64,000 bases of DNA from a bacterium (GTDB lineage: Bacteria; Actinomycetota; UBA4738; HRBIN12): contig JBKPTC010000031.1 of assembly GCA_046735355.1 (NCBI GenBank), positions 159 through 64,158 of the forward strand. The letters are read 5' to 3'. How positions within the stretch are numbered: the first letter of the stretch is position 1; each line of letters begins with the position of its first letter. Of the stretch, positions 48,423-58,448 are shown piece after piece. Both the position numbers and the translations under genes were made by a program. The notes below the pieces were generated by a model that saw nothing but the letters and a program-made list of their open reading frames with translations, made no database searches and was not told the origin of the DNA.

Positions 48423-50534
48423 CTAGTCGAGCCTGTACACCCGCTCCTCGTACTCACGCATCATGCGCGTCGCGCCGAACCGAGGGCCGACGGTGCGCAT
48501 CGACGCCCGCACCTTCTCGAGCCAGGCGCGAGGAACGCCGTCGTCGTCTCGGTCGCAGAACAACGGAACGACCTCTCGCTCGATGAGGTCGAACAGCGTC
48601 GCGCAGTCCCGCTCGTCCTGCTCCCACCACGGAAGCGACGAGTCGCTGTCGATCCCCCAGCCGTTCTGCCCGTCGAACGCCTCGGCCCACCATCCGTCGA
48701 GCACGGAGAGGTTGATGCCGCCGTTCATGGACGACTTCATGCCGCTTGTGCCGCTCGCCTCCATCGGCGGTCGGGGCATGTTGACCCAGACGTCGCATCC
48801 GGCGACGAGTCGTCGGGCCATCGCCATGTCGTAGTCCTCGAGGAACACGAGCCGCGCGCCGACCTCCGCCGGCCAGCCCTCGCGGAACAGCCGGGCCAGG
48901 GTGCCCTTCGCCTCCGCGTCCTTCGGGTGCGCCTTGCCGGCGATCACGAACTGCACGGTGTCCGGTTTGGCGAGCAGCGCCGAGACGCGGTCGACGTCGG
49001 AGAACAGCAGAAAGAGGCGCTTGTACGTCGCGACGCGCCGCGCGAACCCGAGCGTGAGGCGTTCCTCCTCGAGCCCGGACAACACCGTGTCGAGGCTGTC
49101 GCGCGACTCGTACCGCGACAGCCGCGCCGAGAGGTCCTGGTCGCGCGCGTATCGGACCAGTTGCCGCCGGAGCTCCTGCCGCACCGCCCACAGTTCGACG
49201 TCCGGCACGTCGTCGATCGGGGTCCACGCGGCCGGATCGTCCGGACGCGAACGCCAGTCGGCCGGGAGGTACGCGTCGAGCAGGGCGCGCATCTCCGGCG
49301 ACATCCAGGTGGGCACGTGCACGCCGTTCGTGACGTGTCCGATCGGAACGTCGTCGACCGCCCGGTCCGGCCACACGCGCTGCCACATCGATCTCGCGAC
49401 CTGTCCGTGGAGCCGGCTGACCGCGACGGACGATCTCGACATCCGAAGCGCCAGCGACGTCATCCCGATCTCGTCCGTCGAATCGACGCGTCCGAGCTCG
49501 GATATCCGCCCACGCCAGCCGGAGAACGACTCACCGAGCACGTCGACCACCTCATCCGTCGCGTACGCCTCGTTGCCGGCCGGCACGGGTGTGTGCGTGG
49601 TGAAGACGGTCGCGCGTCTCGCGCGGTCGATCGCGTCCTCCACCGAGCTTCCGGCGACGACGTGCTCACGCGCGAGCTCCAGCGGCGCGAACGCTCCGTG
49701 GCCCTCGTTCACGTGGATCACGTCCGGCGAGACGCCGAGCGCCCGCAGCGCGCGCATGCCGCCCACGCCGAGCATCGCGTACTGCTCGAGCCGGATGGCC
49801 GGATCGCCGACGTAGAGCCGGCCGGTGATCCAGCGCTCGAGCGTCCCGTTCTCCGCAACCTGCGCGTCGAGCAGATACAGCGGCACGCGCCCGATCCTCG
49901 CGCACCAGATCTGCGCCACGACGTCCCGATCGCGGATCGGGACCGAGATCCGCAGCGGCGACCCGCCCCGTGTGACGAGCGCCAACGGAAGGGCGTTCGC
50001 GTCGACGTCCGTCCAGAACTCCTGCTGCCACCCGTTCGGGTCGATCCGCTGACGGAACACGCCCTTGCCGTACAGGATCCCGACGCCGACGACCGGAAGG
50101 CCTCGGTCCGACGACTCCTTCAGGATGTCTCCCGCCAGGACGCCGAGGCCGCCCGAGTAGATCGGGAGCGACCTGTGGACGCCGAACTCCGCGCAGACGA
50201 ACGCGACGGCGGGCACGTCCGCATCGGACCGTTCGCGATTGGCGCGGACACGCTCGGCGAGCGCCCGCGCCCGTGCGAGGAACTCGTCATCCGAGGCGAG
50301 CTCGCGAAGTCGCGCACCGGGCGTTTGCTCCAGCACCTGGACGGGGTTGCCGCTGTAGAACCAGTAGCGCCCCGGGTCGATCGACTGGAACACCTCGCGA
50401 CCGTCGGGCATCCACGACCACGCGAAGTCGTACGCGGCGTGCGCGAGCGGCGCCAACTCGGCCGGGATCTTGGCGGCGAGCGACTCCGCGGCGCGCTCGA
50501 GGTCGTCGTCGCCCGGGTACGGCATGCGACGCAT
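48423..50534 (-). CDS. glgP: Alpha-glucan phosphorylase (GT35, GlgP/MalP-like).
   Basis: PLP-lysine motif EASGTSGMKSSMNGG. HVNEGHGAFAPLELAREH. About 700 aa. Confidence 0.9.
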   Translation of the reverse strand: MRRMPYPGDDDLERAAESLAAKIPAELAPLAHAAYDFAWSWMPDGREVFQSIDPGRYWFYSGNPVQVLEQTPGARLRELASDDEFLARARALAERVRANRERSDADVPAVAFVCAEFGVHRSLPIYSGGLGVLAGDILKESSDRGLPVVGVGILYGKGVFRQRIDPNGWQQEFWTDVDANALPLALVTRGGSPLRISVPIRDRDVVAQIWCARIGRVPLYLLDAQVAENGTLERWITGRLYVGDPAIRLEQYAMLGVGGMRALRALGVSPDVIHVNEGHGAFAPLELAREHVVAGSSVEDAIDRARRATVFTTHTPVPAGNEAYATDEVVDVLGESFSGWRGRISELGRVDSTDEIGMTSLALRMSRSSVAVSRLHGQVARSMWQRVWPDRAVDDVPIGHVTNGVHVPTWMSPEMRALLDAYLPADWRSRPDDPAAWTPIDDVPDVELWAVRQELRRQLVRYARDQDLSARLSRYESRDSLDTVLSGLEEERLTLGFARRVATYKRLFLLFSDVDRVSALLAKPDTVQFVIAGKAHPKDAEAKGTLARLFREGWPAEVGARLVFLEDYDMAMARRLVAGCDVWVNMPRPPMEASGTSGMKSSMNGGINLSVLDGWWAEAFDGQNGWGIDSDSSLPWWEQDERDCATLFDLIEREVVPLFCDRDDDGVPRAWLEKVRASMRTVGPRFGATRMMREYEERVYRLD

Positions 50535-50535
50535 C

Positions 50536-51471
50536 CTACGAAGCTCGGATCGGCGCGCCCGACCGGGCTCCGGGCAACCGCTGCTCGAGCGTCAGGACGT
50601 CCGCGAACCGATCGCCATCGCGCTCGATCCGCGCGAGCGCCTCGTCCGGGCCGGGCAGCAGCTGTGCCACCTCGCCGGCGGCCGCTCGTTCGACGTCCTC
50701 CCACGCGACCGGCATCGAGACCGTCGGCACCGGCGTGGCGCGCAGCGAGTACGGCGCGACGGTCGACCGGAACGCGTCGTTCTGGAGCCAGTCGAGCAGG
50801 ATCTTGCCGTGCCGGATCGACCGGCTCTGCCGGTCCACGACGTCGTCGCGGGCGCGCACGAGGAACGAGGCGAACGTTCGCGCGAAGGCCTTCGTCTCCT
50901 CGAACGTGTGCGGCGTGTTCAACGGAACGACGACGTGGAGGCCCTTCGACCCGGAGCTCTTCGCGAACGCGCGCAGCCCCGCCGCCTCGAGGAGCTCGCG
51001 CACCTGGCTTCCGACGGCGCAGGCATCGGCCAGCGTGGCCGGCTCGCCCGGATCCAGATCGAACACGACCACCGGCGCGAGCGCCGGCTCCTCGGCGCGG
51101 AACAGGAACGGATGGAGCTCGATCGTTCCCTGGTTGCCCACCCACAGCAACGTCGCGGCGTCGTCGACGACGCAGTGCCGATGGTGGCGTCCGTCCGCGC
51201 CGTCGTACTCGTACAGCGGCATCCAGTCCGGTGCGCCGCGGCACTCGTTCTGCCACCAGCCCTTCGCCTCGACGCCCTCCGGATACCGCCACATCGTGAG
51301 CGGCCGGCGGCGAAGATGGGGCAGGAGCACGGGGGCAACGCGGGCGTAGTACTCGAGCATCGCGCCCTTCGTGAACCCGGTCGACGGCCACAGGACGCGG
51401 TCCAGATGCGTCAGCCGGACGACACGTCCGTCGACCTCGACATGCCGGGCTGCCTCGGCTCCCGCGCTCAT
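50536..51471 (-). CDS. LigD-type primase-polymerase (NHEJ polymerase domain) as a stand-alone ORF.
   Basis: VDGRVVRLTHLDRVLWPSTGFTKGAMLEYY...LLWVGNQGTIELHPF...VVFDLDPGEP...SSGSKGLHVVVPL shows the LigD Pol catalytic motifs. Confidence 0.85.
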   Translation of the reverse strand: MSAGAEAARHVEVDGRVVRLTHLDRVLWPSTGFTKGAMLEYYARVAPVLLPHLRRRPLTMWRYPEGVEAKGWWQNECRGAPDWMPLYEYDGADGRHHRHCVVDDAATLLWVGNQGTIELHPFLFRAEEPALAPVVVFDLDPGEPATLADACAVGSQVRELLEAAGLRAFAKSSGSKGLHVVVPLNTPHTFEETKAFARTFASFLVRARDDVVDRQSRSIRHGKILLDWLQNDAFRSTVAPYSLRATPVPTVSMPVAWEDVERAAAGEVAQLLPGPDEALARIERDGDRFADVLTLEQRLPGARSGAPIRAS

Positions 51472-52571
51472 CCGTTCGCGGCCGCGACTTCGACCGCGAC
51501 CGTGGCCGCCGAACCCGCCTCACCGGAGGCGAGCTGGTCGAGCGTGCATGATCGCGCGTCCCGGTCGGGGCGCCAGCGGACCAGGCGAGCCGGATGGCGG
51601 AACCGCGCCCCGTCGACCTGATCGAACGCGACCTCGACGACGCGCTCGGGCCGGAGCGGCACCCAGTCGTGCTCCATCTCGGGGGTCCACCTCGCGGCCG
51701 ATCCCTTCAGGCGCCCCGTCGGACTTCTGCCGATGAGGAAGCCGTTCGCCCACGGATGGCCCCGGAGCGGCACACGGAGCGGCGCGAGGTCCTCGACGAG
51801 GTCGACCCGTTCACGGTCGGAGAACGCCTGCACGACACCGACGTGGTGCAACGCACCGCGGTCGTCGTACAACGCGAGCAGCAGCGAGCTGAGCGCCGGT
51901 GTATCGACGTACGGCCGGTAGCCCGCGACGACGCAGTCGATCGTGTGCAGCGTCTTGACCTTCATCATCGCGCGCTTGCCGGGCCGATACGTGAGCCCGA
52001 CCTCCTTGGCGATGACGCCGTCGATGCCCTCGCCGGGCGGCCGCTCGAGCCAGCCGCGAGCCACTGCGGGATCGGTCGTCGCGGGCGTCAGGGCGACCCT
52101 CGGCGGCGCCGACCGCAGCAGCGCCTCGAGGCGGGCGCGCCGTTCCGCGAAGCCTCGCTCCCGGAGGTCCTCGCCGCCGACGGCGAGCACGTCGAACGCG
52201 ACGAACGTGGCCGGCGTCTCGTCGGCGAGGCGACGCACACGCGACGCCGCGGGATGCAGTCGAGCCATCAAGGCGTCGAAGTCGAAGCCTCCGTCGCGCC
52301 GCACCACGATCTCGCCGTCGAGCACGACCGACGAGGGATCCATCGAGCGGAGCGCCTCGACCAGCTCCGGGAAGTACCGCGAGAGCGGCCGGTCGTGCCT
52401 GCTCCGGAGATCGACGTCGTCGCGCTCGCAGAAGGCGAGGCACCGGAAGCCGTCCCACTTCGGCTCGAACAGATGCTCGCCCTCGGCCGGGAGCTCGCGC
52501 GTCAGGCGGGCGAGCATCGGCCGAACGGGAGGACGCACGACGGAGGCGGCGGCGGTTCCGACCGAGCGCAT
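51468..52571 (-). CDS. ATP-dependent DNA ligase (LigD ligase domain) as a separate ORF, 4-bp overlap with the Pol ORF.
   Basis: ATG at the complement of 52569-52571. FEPKWDGFRCLAF is the KxDG adenylation motif. LDGEIVV, FVAFDVL and GIDGVIAKE are motifs III to V. The long ORF 51468-54956 is artefactual beyond 52571. Confidence 0.85.
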   Translation of the reverse strand: MRSVGTAAASVVRPPVRPMLARLTRELPAEGEHLFEPKWDGFRCLAFCERDDVDLRSRHDRPLSRYFPELVEALRSMDPSSVVLDGEIVVRRDGGFDFDALMARLHPAASRVRRLADETPATFVAFDVLAVGGEDLRERGFAERRARLEALLRSAPPRVALTPATTDPAVARGWLERPPGEGIDGVIAKEVGLTYRPGKRAMMKVKTLHTIDCVVAGYRPYVDTPALSSLLLALYDDRGALHHVGVVQAFSDRERVDLVEDLAPLRVPLRGHPWANGFLIGRSPTGRLKGSAARWTPEMEHDWVPLRPERVVEVAFDQVDGARFRHPARLVRWRPDRDARSCTLDQLASGEAGSAATVAVEVAAANG

Positions 52572-52610
52572 CAGCACTGTGTACCCGATGTCCTCCGATA
52601 CCCTCGACCC

Positions 52611-53663
52611 ATGACGGTCTTCGACCTCTCGTTCGACGCACTCTCCGAGCGACTCGCCTCGTGGGGCGAGCCGCCGTTCCGAGCGAGGCAGGTGCACGAC
52701 GGCATCTGGAAGCGCGGCAAGAGGTTCGAGGAGATGAGCGACGTTCCGGGTCCGCTCCGTGCGCGTCTGGCCGAGGAGCTCCCGCTCGGCCTCGAGGTGG
52801 TCGAGGAGCGGACCGCCGACGACGGCTCGACACGCAAGGCGCTCCTTCGTCTCGGCGGCCGTCACCTCGTCGAGGTGGTGCTGATGGGCTATCCGGACCG
52901 AGTGACCGCGTGCGTCTCGTCGCAGTCGGGCTGCGCGATGGGATGCGGCTTCTGCGCGACCGGACAGATGGGGCTTCGAAACAACCTGACGGCCGGCGAG
53001 ATCGCCGTCCAGGCTTGGTGGGCACGACGCGAGGCCAACGCGCTTCCGGCGTCGACGCCGAGACGTCTCACAAACGTCGTGTTCATGGGGATGGGCGAGC
53101 CGCTCGCCAACGAGCGGAACACCTTCGCGTCGCTCGAGCGACTGACGCAGCCCGACGGGTTCGGCCTCGGCGACCGCCACATCACGGTGTCGACCGTCGG
53201 CGTCGCACCCGCGATCCACCGGCTCGGCGAGCGATTCCCGCAGATCGGCCTCGCCGTGAGCCTGCACGCGGCCGACGACGACCTGCGGAACCGGCTCGTG
53301 CCGGTCAATCGGTTGTGGCCCCTCGCCGAGCTCGAGGCCGCCGTCCTTGCCTGGCGCCGAGCGACGCGCCGGCGGCCATCGATCGAGTGGGCGATGATCG
53401 GCCGGACGAACGACGGTGACGACCAGGCGCGCAAGCTGTCCGCGATCGCGCACCACCTCGGCGCGCACGTCAACCTCATCCCGCTCAACCCGACGCCCGG
53501 CTGGCCGACCCGGCCGAGCCCTCGCGAGCGCATCGAGCGGTTCGCGGCCGTGCTCCGGCGCTCCGGCGTCAACGTGACGGTCCGCGACACGCGCGGCCGC
53601 GAGATCGAGGCCGCCTGCGGTCAGCTGCGGTCCGAGCACGACCGCGCCTCGGCCATCGTCTGA
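52611..53663 (+). CDS. rlmN: 23S rRNA/tRNA adenine C2-methyltransferase RlmN (radical SAM).
   Basis: CVSSQSGCAMGCGFCATG radical-SAM cluster. MGMGEPLAN. C-terminal ACGQL catalytic Cys. Confidence 0.9.
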   Translation: MTVFDLSFDALSERLASWGEPPFRARQVHDGIWKRGKRFEEMSDVPGPLRARLAEELPLGLEVVEERTADDGSTRKALLRLGGRHLVEVVLMGYPDRVTACVSSQSGCAMGCGFCATGQMGLRNNLTAGEIAVQAWWARREANALPASTPRRLTNVVFMGMGEPLANERNTFASLERLTQPDGFGLGDRHITVSTVGVAPAIHRLGERFPQIGLAVSLHAADDDLRNRLVPVNRLWPLAELEAAVLAWRRATRRRPSIEWAMIGRTNDGDDQARKLSAIAHHLGAHVNLIPLNPTPGWPTRPSPRERIERFAAVLRRSGVNVTVRDTRGREIEAACGQLRSEHDRASAIV

Positions 53664-53738
53664 CGCCGGGCGCCCGCGGTGCCCATCTGAGCGCCGGTTC
53701 GTTTCCGCAGGTCGTGGCTCGGGAACCGTTGGGCGGAG

Positions 53739-55004
53739 GTGGGAGATCTGGCATCGCTGCGCCCCGAACCACGCCCCGGCGGGCCGCAGCCGGATCCCGT
53801 CGAGCACCCGACGGGTCCGGCCGCCGTACCGCGAGCGACCCCGGCCGCCGCCGGCACCGTGCCGGCCGCCGCGGCGCGTCCAACGGTGACCACCCGTGCC
53901 CCCGTGAGCTACTGGATGCGGGTCGCCGCGGGCGTCGTGGTCGTCGTCGCGTCGGCGATGCTCGTCGTCGCACTGCGCCACATCCTGATCTTGGTGCTCG
54001 CCTCGCTCGTGTTGGCGATCGGCCTGCAACCGGCGGTGCGATGGCTCGCGGCCCGCGGCGTCCGTCGAGGGCTGGCCGTCGCGATCTTGTTCGGCGTCGG
54101 CCTGTTGGTCGTCGGCGCGTTCCTGTCGGTCGTCATCCCGATCGTCGCGCGCCAGGTCACGGAGCTCGTCCAGACCGCCCCGCAGTACCTCGAGCGGGCG
54201 CAGGCGCGAAGCTCGCTCATCGGCAGGCTCGACCGGCAGTTCAACCTGATCGACCGGGTGCGCCATCTCGGCACGCAGGTTCCCTCGTTCGCGCTGACGT
54301 TCGCGAGGGGGCTCACCGTCTTCGTCTTCGACGTCGTGACGGTCGCGATCCTGACCGCGTACTTCGCGACTGGGCTTCCGTCGATGCAGCGCTCGGTCGC
54401 GCGTCTGCTGCGGCGCGAACACCGCGAGGAGCTCGAGGTCATCCTCGAGCGCGCGACGCAGCGGATCGGCGGCTACGTGACCGGCAACGCGATCGTCAGC
54501 CTGATCGCGGGCGTCGCGACGTTCGTCGCGCTGGTGTCGATCGGCGTTCCGTACACGCTCGCGCTCGCCGTCTGGGTCGCGCTCACCGATCTGATCCCGA
54601 CCGTCGGTGCACTGCTCGGCGCGGCCGTGGTCTGCCTCGTCGCCGCGTTCGTGAGCGTGCCGGTGCTGCTCATGACGATCGCGTTCTTCGTCGTCTACCA
54701 GCAGATCGAGAACTACGTGATCGCCCCGCGCGTGATGCGCCGGACGATCGCCATCGCCCCGGCCGCGGTGATCGTCGCCGTTCTGATCGGCGGAAAGCTC
54801 GCCGGCTTCTTCGGCGCCCTGCTGGCGCTGCCGATCGCCGCGACGATCCAGATCGTGATCGAGGAGCTGTACGTCAAGGACCGGATCGAGGAGGTTCGCG
54901 CGGTCGATGCGGAGGACGCGCGTCTGCGGTGGTGGCACGCACGCCGGCGAGCGCACGCCGCCGCGGCGGGCGCCGATCCGGCCGAGCGCTCGCGGGTAGG
55001 CTGA
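53739..55004 (+). CDS. AI-2E family transporter (PerM/YhhT-like). The N-terminal approximately 60 aa are low-complexity; the true start may be later.
   Basis: 8-TM pattern with conserved C-terminal ...GGKLAGFFGALLALPIAATIQIVIEE. Confidence 0.8.
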   Translation: MGDLASLRPEPRPGGPQPDPVEHPTGPAAVPRATPAAAGTVPAAAARPTVTTRAPVSYWMRVAAGVVVVVASAMLVVALRHILILVLASLVLAIGLQPAVRWLAARGVRRGLAVAILFGVGLLVVGAFLSVVIPIVARQVTELVQTAPQYLERAQARSSLIGRLDRQFNLIDRVRHLGTQVPSFALTFARGLTVFVFDVVTVAILTAYFATGLPSMQRSVARLLRREHREELEVILERATQRIGGYVTGNAIVSLIAGVATFVALVSIGVPYTLALAVWVALTDLIPTVGALLGAAVVCLVAAFVSVPVLLMTIAFFVVYQQIENYVIAPRVMRRTIAIAPAAVIVAVLIGGKLAGFFGALLALPIAATIQIVIEELYVKDRIEEVRAVDAEDARLRWWHARRRAHAAAAGADPAERSRVG

Positions 55005-55064
55005 ACGCGTGCCGCCGTGCGCCGGAGGCGCAACCGCGGAACGTAGGAGCCAAGGAGGATCTCC

Positions 55065-55271
55065 GTGAACGTGACCGAGATGGGCAAGGTCGGCCTCGGC
55101 GGCTGGCGTGGCCGCGCCGCGGACGTCGTGGCGCGTCCGATCGCCGAGCGGTCGGGATTCAACGAGGACGAGATCAAGGCGATCATCGGCGCGATCTTCC
55201 TCGCGTACACGATCTACCGGCTCGTTCGCGCGCTGTATCGCGCGGCGAAGACCGAGAAGATCATCGACTGA
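55065..55271 (+). CDS. Small hypothetical protein (68 aa) with a C-terminal TM or amphipathic helix.
   Basis: RBS aaggagga before GTG 55065. MNVTEMGKVGLGGWRGRAADVVARPIAERSGFNEDEIKAIIGAIFLAYTIYRLVRALYRAAK. Confidence 0.5.
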   Translation: MNVTEMGKVGLGGWRGRAADVVARPIAERSGFNEDEIKAIIGAIFLAYTIYRLVRALYRAAKTEKIID

Positions 55272-55286
55272 GGAGCCGCCGCCGCG

Positions 55287-56882
55287 TCATCCCGCCGTCG
55301 ACCCGCTCGGCGTCGGCGTCGCGGACGCCAGGGTCGTCGTCGTTCCGCCCGAGCCGGTCGTTGCGCTCGGCGTCGCCGACGTCGGAACCGGGCTCGGCGT
55401 CAGCGCCCCGAACTCCGATGCGATCGTGTGTCGGGTGACGGTCAGCGAGCCCGTCTTGATCGACTGCTCGATGACGTCGTAGGCGATCAGCGTCGGCGGC
55501 GATCCCGGCGCGAAGTAGAGCACCTCGGCCGTCAGCGGGATGTGCACGTCCGGCTCGAACGTCGTCAGCGCCGACCCACCGGTCGTTCCGACCCGCACGA
55601 ACAGCGTGCCGTCGACGACGCGCGCCGCTTCCTGGTGGAAATGCCCCGACAGCACGAGCGGCACGCGGCCGGCGGCCGCCTCCGCCATCCGGTCGTCGTG
55701 CACTGCGACGGTGTCGACGGGTGGAAGTCGTTCGATGTCGGACAGCACCCGCTCGCCCTGCGCCCGCACGCGCGCCTCGAACTCCTCGTCCGGGATGTCG
55801 CGGGTGATCGAGGGCGGGATCGGATCGCCGAGGCCGTAGATACGAAGCCCGTCGAGGAGCACGGACGTGCCGTCGAGCACGCGGACGTTCGGCAGGCGCG
55901 ACAGCTCGCGTTGCAGCTGCTCCGAGTCGTGGTTGCCGCGCACCCAGACGTAGGGCCGGCCGAAGGCCTTGATGTCCTGCACGACGAAGTTCTCCGGCTC
56001 CGTTCCGTAGGACGTCGTGTCGCCGGTGTCGATGACGAGGTCGACGTCGAATCCGTCCGCGATCTGTTCGGCGAAGTCGAATCCGAACGGCGAGAGGTGG
56101 ATGTCCGAGATGTGCAGGACCCGGATCTCGCCGCTCGTTCCGAGCTGGTTCGTCTGGATCGTTGTGTAGGCGCCGACCGCTCCGTCGATGACGCGAGCGA
56201 GCTGTTCCTTGTAGGCGTCGATGCGCTCGACGGTTCGAACGGGTGGGATCACGCGAGCTGCGAGCGCGAGCGACCCGGAGAAGCGCGGCGAGCCGAACGC
56301 GTCGCGATCGAACGTCGCGACCGTCCCGATCTCGATCGCCCCGATCGCCACGACGGCCGCCAGCACCGCGATGCCGATCGATCGCCGGTCGGTCCGGAAC
56401 GCGATGACGGCGAGCACGAACGCGGCGACCACGCCGACCAGCAGGATGCGGATCGCGAGGTACCGGACCTCTCGCTCGGCCTGCGCACCGACGTCGTCGA
56501 CGAGCCGTGAGACGGATCCGGACGTGACGGCGTCGCTCAACTGCTGGATGCGGACGTTCAGGAGTGTCGCCTGCAGCGTCAGCGGGGCGACGTGCGTGTC
56601 CGCCGTGAGCGTGCCGAGCGGCGGCAGCGCGATCTCCGTCTCGCCCGGCCCGATCCGGGTCTGCAGCTCGACGTCGAACGGTCCCATCGACGACGTCGTG
56701 GAGCCCCACACGGCGACCCCGACCCACGCCCCGGACAGGCCGAGCACGATCGCGACCACCACGCGGGCGACCGGGTGCGCCGCGGGCGACCACGTTCGGC
56801 CATCGGGCGCGCGGGCGGCGGCGCCGCCCGAGGCATCGGGCGACGAGGCGGCGGGCGGGCCAGACGTCGAGCGATCCGTCAC
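55287..56882 (-). CDS. Membrane-anchored metallophosphoesterase (calcineurin-like).
   Basis: GTG start at the complement of 56880-56882. Two N-terminal TM segments. IRVLHISDIHLSP...VIDTGDTTSYG...VWVRGNHDS...VLSGHFHQ matches the MPE metal-binding motifs. Thr/Ser/Pro-rich C-terminal tail. Confidence 0.75.
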   Translation of the reverse strand: MTDRSTSGPPAASSPDASGGAAARAPDGRTWSPAAHPVARVVVAIVLGLSGAWVGVAVWGSTTSSMGPFDVELQTRIGPGETEIALPPLGTLTADTHVAPLTLQATLLNVRIQQLSDAVTSGSVSRLVDDVGAQAEREVRYLAIRILLVGVVAAFVLAVIAFRTDRRSIGIAVLAAVVAIGAIEIGTVATFDRDAFGSPRFSGSLALAARVIPPVRTVERIDAYKEQLARVIDGAVGAYTTIQTNQLGTSGEIRVLHISDIHLSPFGFDFAEQIADGFDVDLVIDTGDTTSYGTEPENFVVQDIKAFGRPYVWVRGNHDSEQLQRELSRLPNVRVLDGTSVLLDGLRIYGLGDPIPPSITRDIPDEEFEARVRAQGERVLSDIERLPPVDTVAVHDDRMAEAAAGRVPLVLSGHFHQEAARVVDGTLFVRVGTTGGSALTTFEPDVHIPLTAEVLYFAPGSPPTLIAYDVIEQSIKTGSLTVTRHTIASEFGALTPSPVPTSATPSATTGSGGTTTTLASATPTPSGSTAG

Positions 56883-56899
56883 GGCGCGTCGAGCGTACC

Positions 56900-58448
56900 G
56901 GTGATACCGTCGGCTGCCGTGCAGCCGGCCGTTCTGCGACGCCTCGCGCCGGCGGCGTCCGTCGTCTCGATCTCGCTCCTGGCGCTCGTCGCCGCGACGC
57001 CCGGTTCGCCGTTCCAGCCGCTCCTTCCCGACGGCGCCGGGCCCTCGGGACCGCTTCGCGAGCTGGCCGGCCTCGTCGGGCTCGACGCGATCGGTCAGAC
57101 GTCGCTCGCGATCGTCGGCGTCGTCTCGGTCGTCCTGGCGGCCGCGGGGTTCGTGCTGCTCGCGTGGGCGGCGTGGCGGAACCTCGTCAGCCTTCGAACG
57201 GTCCTCGCCATCGCGATCGGCGGGCACGTCCTCGTCGCGATGCTGCCGCTGCTCTTCTCGCGCGACGTGTACTCGTACGCGTATTACGGCCGGATCGCCG
57301 CCGTGTACCACGCCAATCCGTACGTCGCGACGCCGGCGGACTTCCCGAACGACGTCCTCGCGCCGCTCGTCGGGCCGAAGTGGGTCGACACGCCGGCCGT
57401 CTACGGCCCCCTGTGGGTCCTGATCTGCGCGGCCGTCGTCCGCGTGGCGACGACGGTCCCGGCGATGATCGCGGCCTTCCGGTGGATCGCGATCGCCGCG
57501 AGCCTCGCGACGCTCGGCACGATCGTGTGGACCGTCCGCGAGCGCCGACCGGCTCGAACGGCCTTCGCGGCGGCCGCGTTCGGAGCGAACCCGGTGATCC
57601 TGTTCCACTCGGTCGCGAGCGGGCACAACGACGTGCTGGTCGCTGTCTCGATCGCGGGGGCGTTCGCGCTCGTCGTCCGCGAACGCGCGCGCCTGGCGCT
57701 CGTGGTGTTGGCGCTCGGCGCGCTGATCAAGGTCACCGCCGGACTTCCGCTGCTGTTGCTGGTGATCGCGCTCGTCGTCCGCCGTCCGCCGGGCGCGCGA
57801 CTCCGAGAGGCGATCGCCGACGTAGCGATCCCCGCCGCGATCGTCGTCGCGTTCTCGAGCCCGTTCCTACAGGCGAGCGATCCGACGCTCGGGATGGTCG
57901 AGCTCGCCGGCCACGAGGGGTGGCTCGCGCCGTCGAGGTTCTTCCACCGGCTGTTCGACCTGGTGTCGCTCGGATGGCTCGCTCGCGGGGTGTTCGCCGT
58001 CGCGCTCGTCGCCGTCGTCGTCGCGATCGCACGCGATCTCGTTCGCCGGCGAGGGCGTCCCGACGAGGAGGTCGGCGCGGCGTGGGGCTGGGGCCTGTTT
58101 TTCCTCGTGCTCCTCGGGCCGGTGCTGCTGCCGTGGTACGTCGCGTGGGTGCTGCCCCTCGTCTGGCTGCTCCCGCGCGTGCCGCGGATCGTGTCGATCG
58201 GTCTGTCCGCCGCGCTGATCGTGTCGCAGCTCCGAACGGAGCCGTCGGACCTACCGCAGCTCTATCGAACGAGCCTCATCATCGGGCACTACGTGATCAC
58301 GCCGTTCGTCATCGCGATGCTCGGGTGGCTCGGCTGGGACCTATGGCGTCGCGTCCGAACGTCGACGGCGCTCGAACAGGAGTCCGTATCCGGCGATCGC
58401 GGCGAGCCCGAGCACGAGCCATCCCGCGCCGGGCCGCGACAGGCGTAG
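56900..58448 (+). CDS. GT-C-type polyprenyl-phosphate-sugar-dependent glycosyltransferase-like membrane protein (DUF2029 / mannosyltransferase-like).
   Basis: Multi-TM. The SRDVYSYAYYGRI motif in the first extracytoplasmic loop is, as I recall it, the signature of DUF2029 / GT87-like mannosyltransferases. The start (GTG 56900 or 56918) is uncertain. Confidence 0.6.

Noticed and set aside
51468-54956. 1162-aa ORF suggesting a giant fusion protein
   Set aside because: Only the C-terminal 367 aa (51468-52571) are ligase. Upstream the frame is RD-rich junk antisense to rlmN and the AI-2E gene, and a proper ATG at 52571 starts the ligase.
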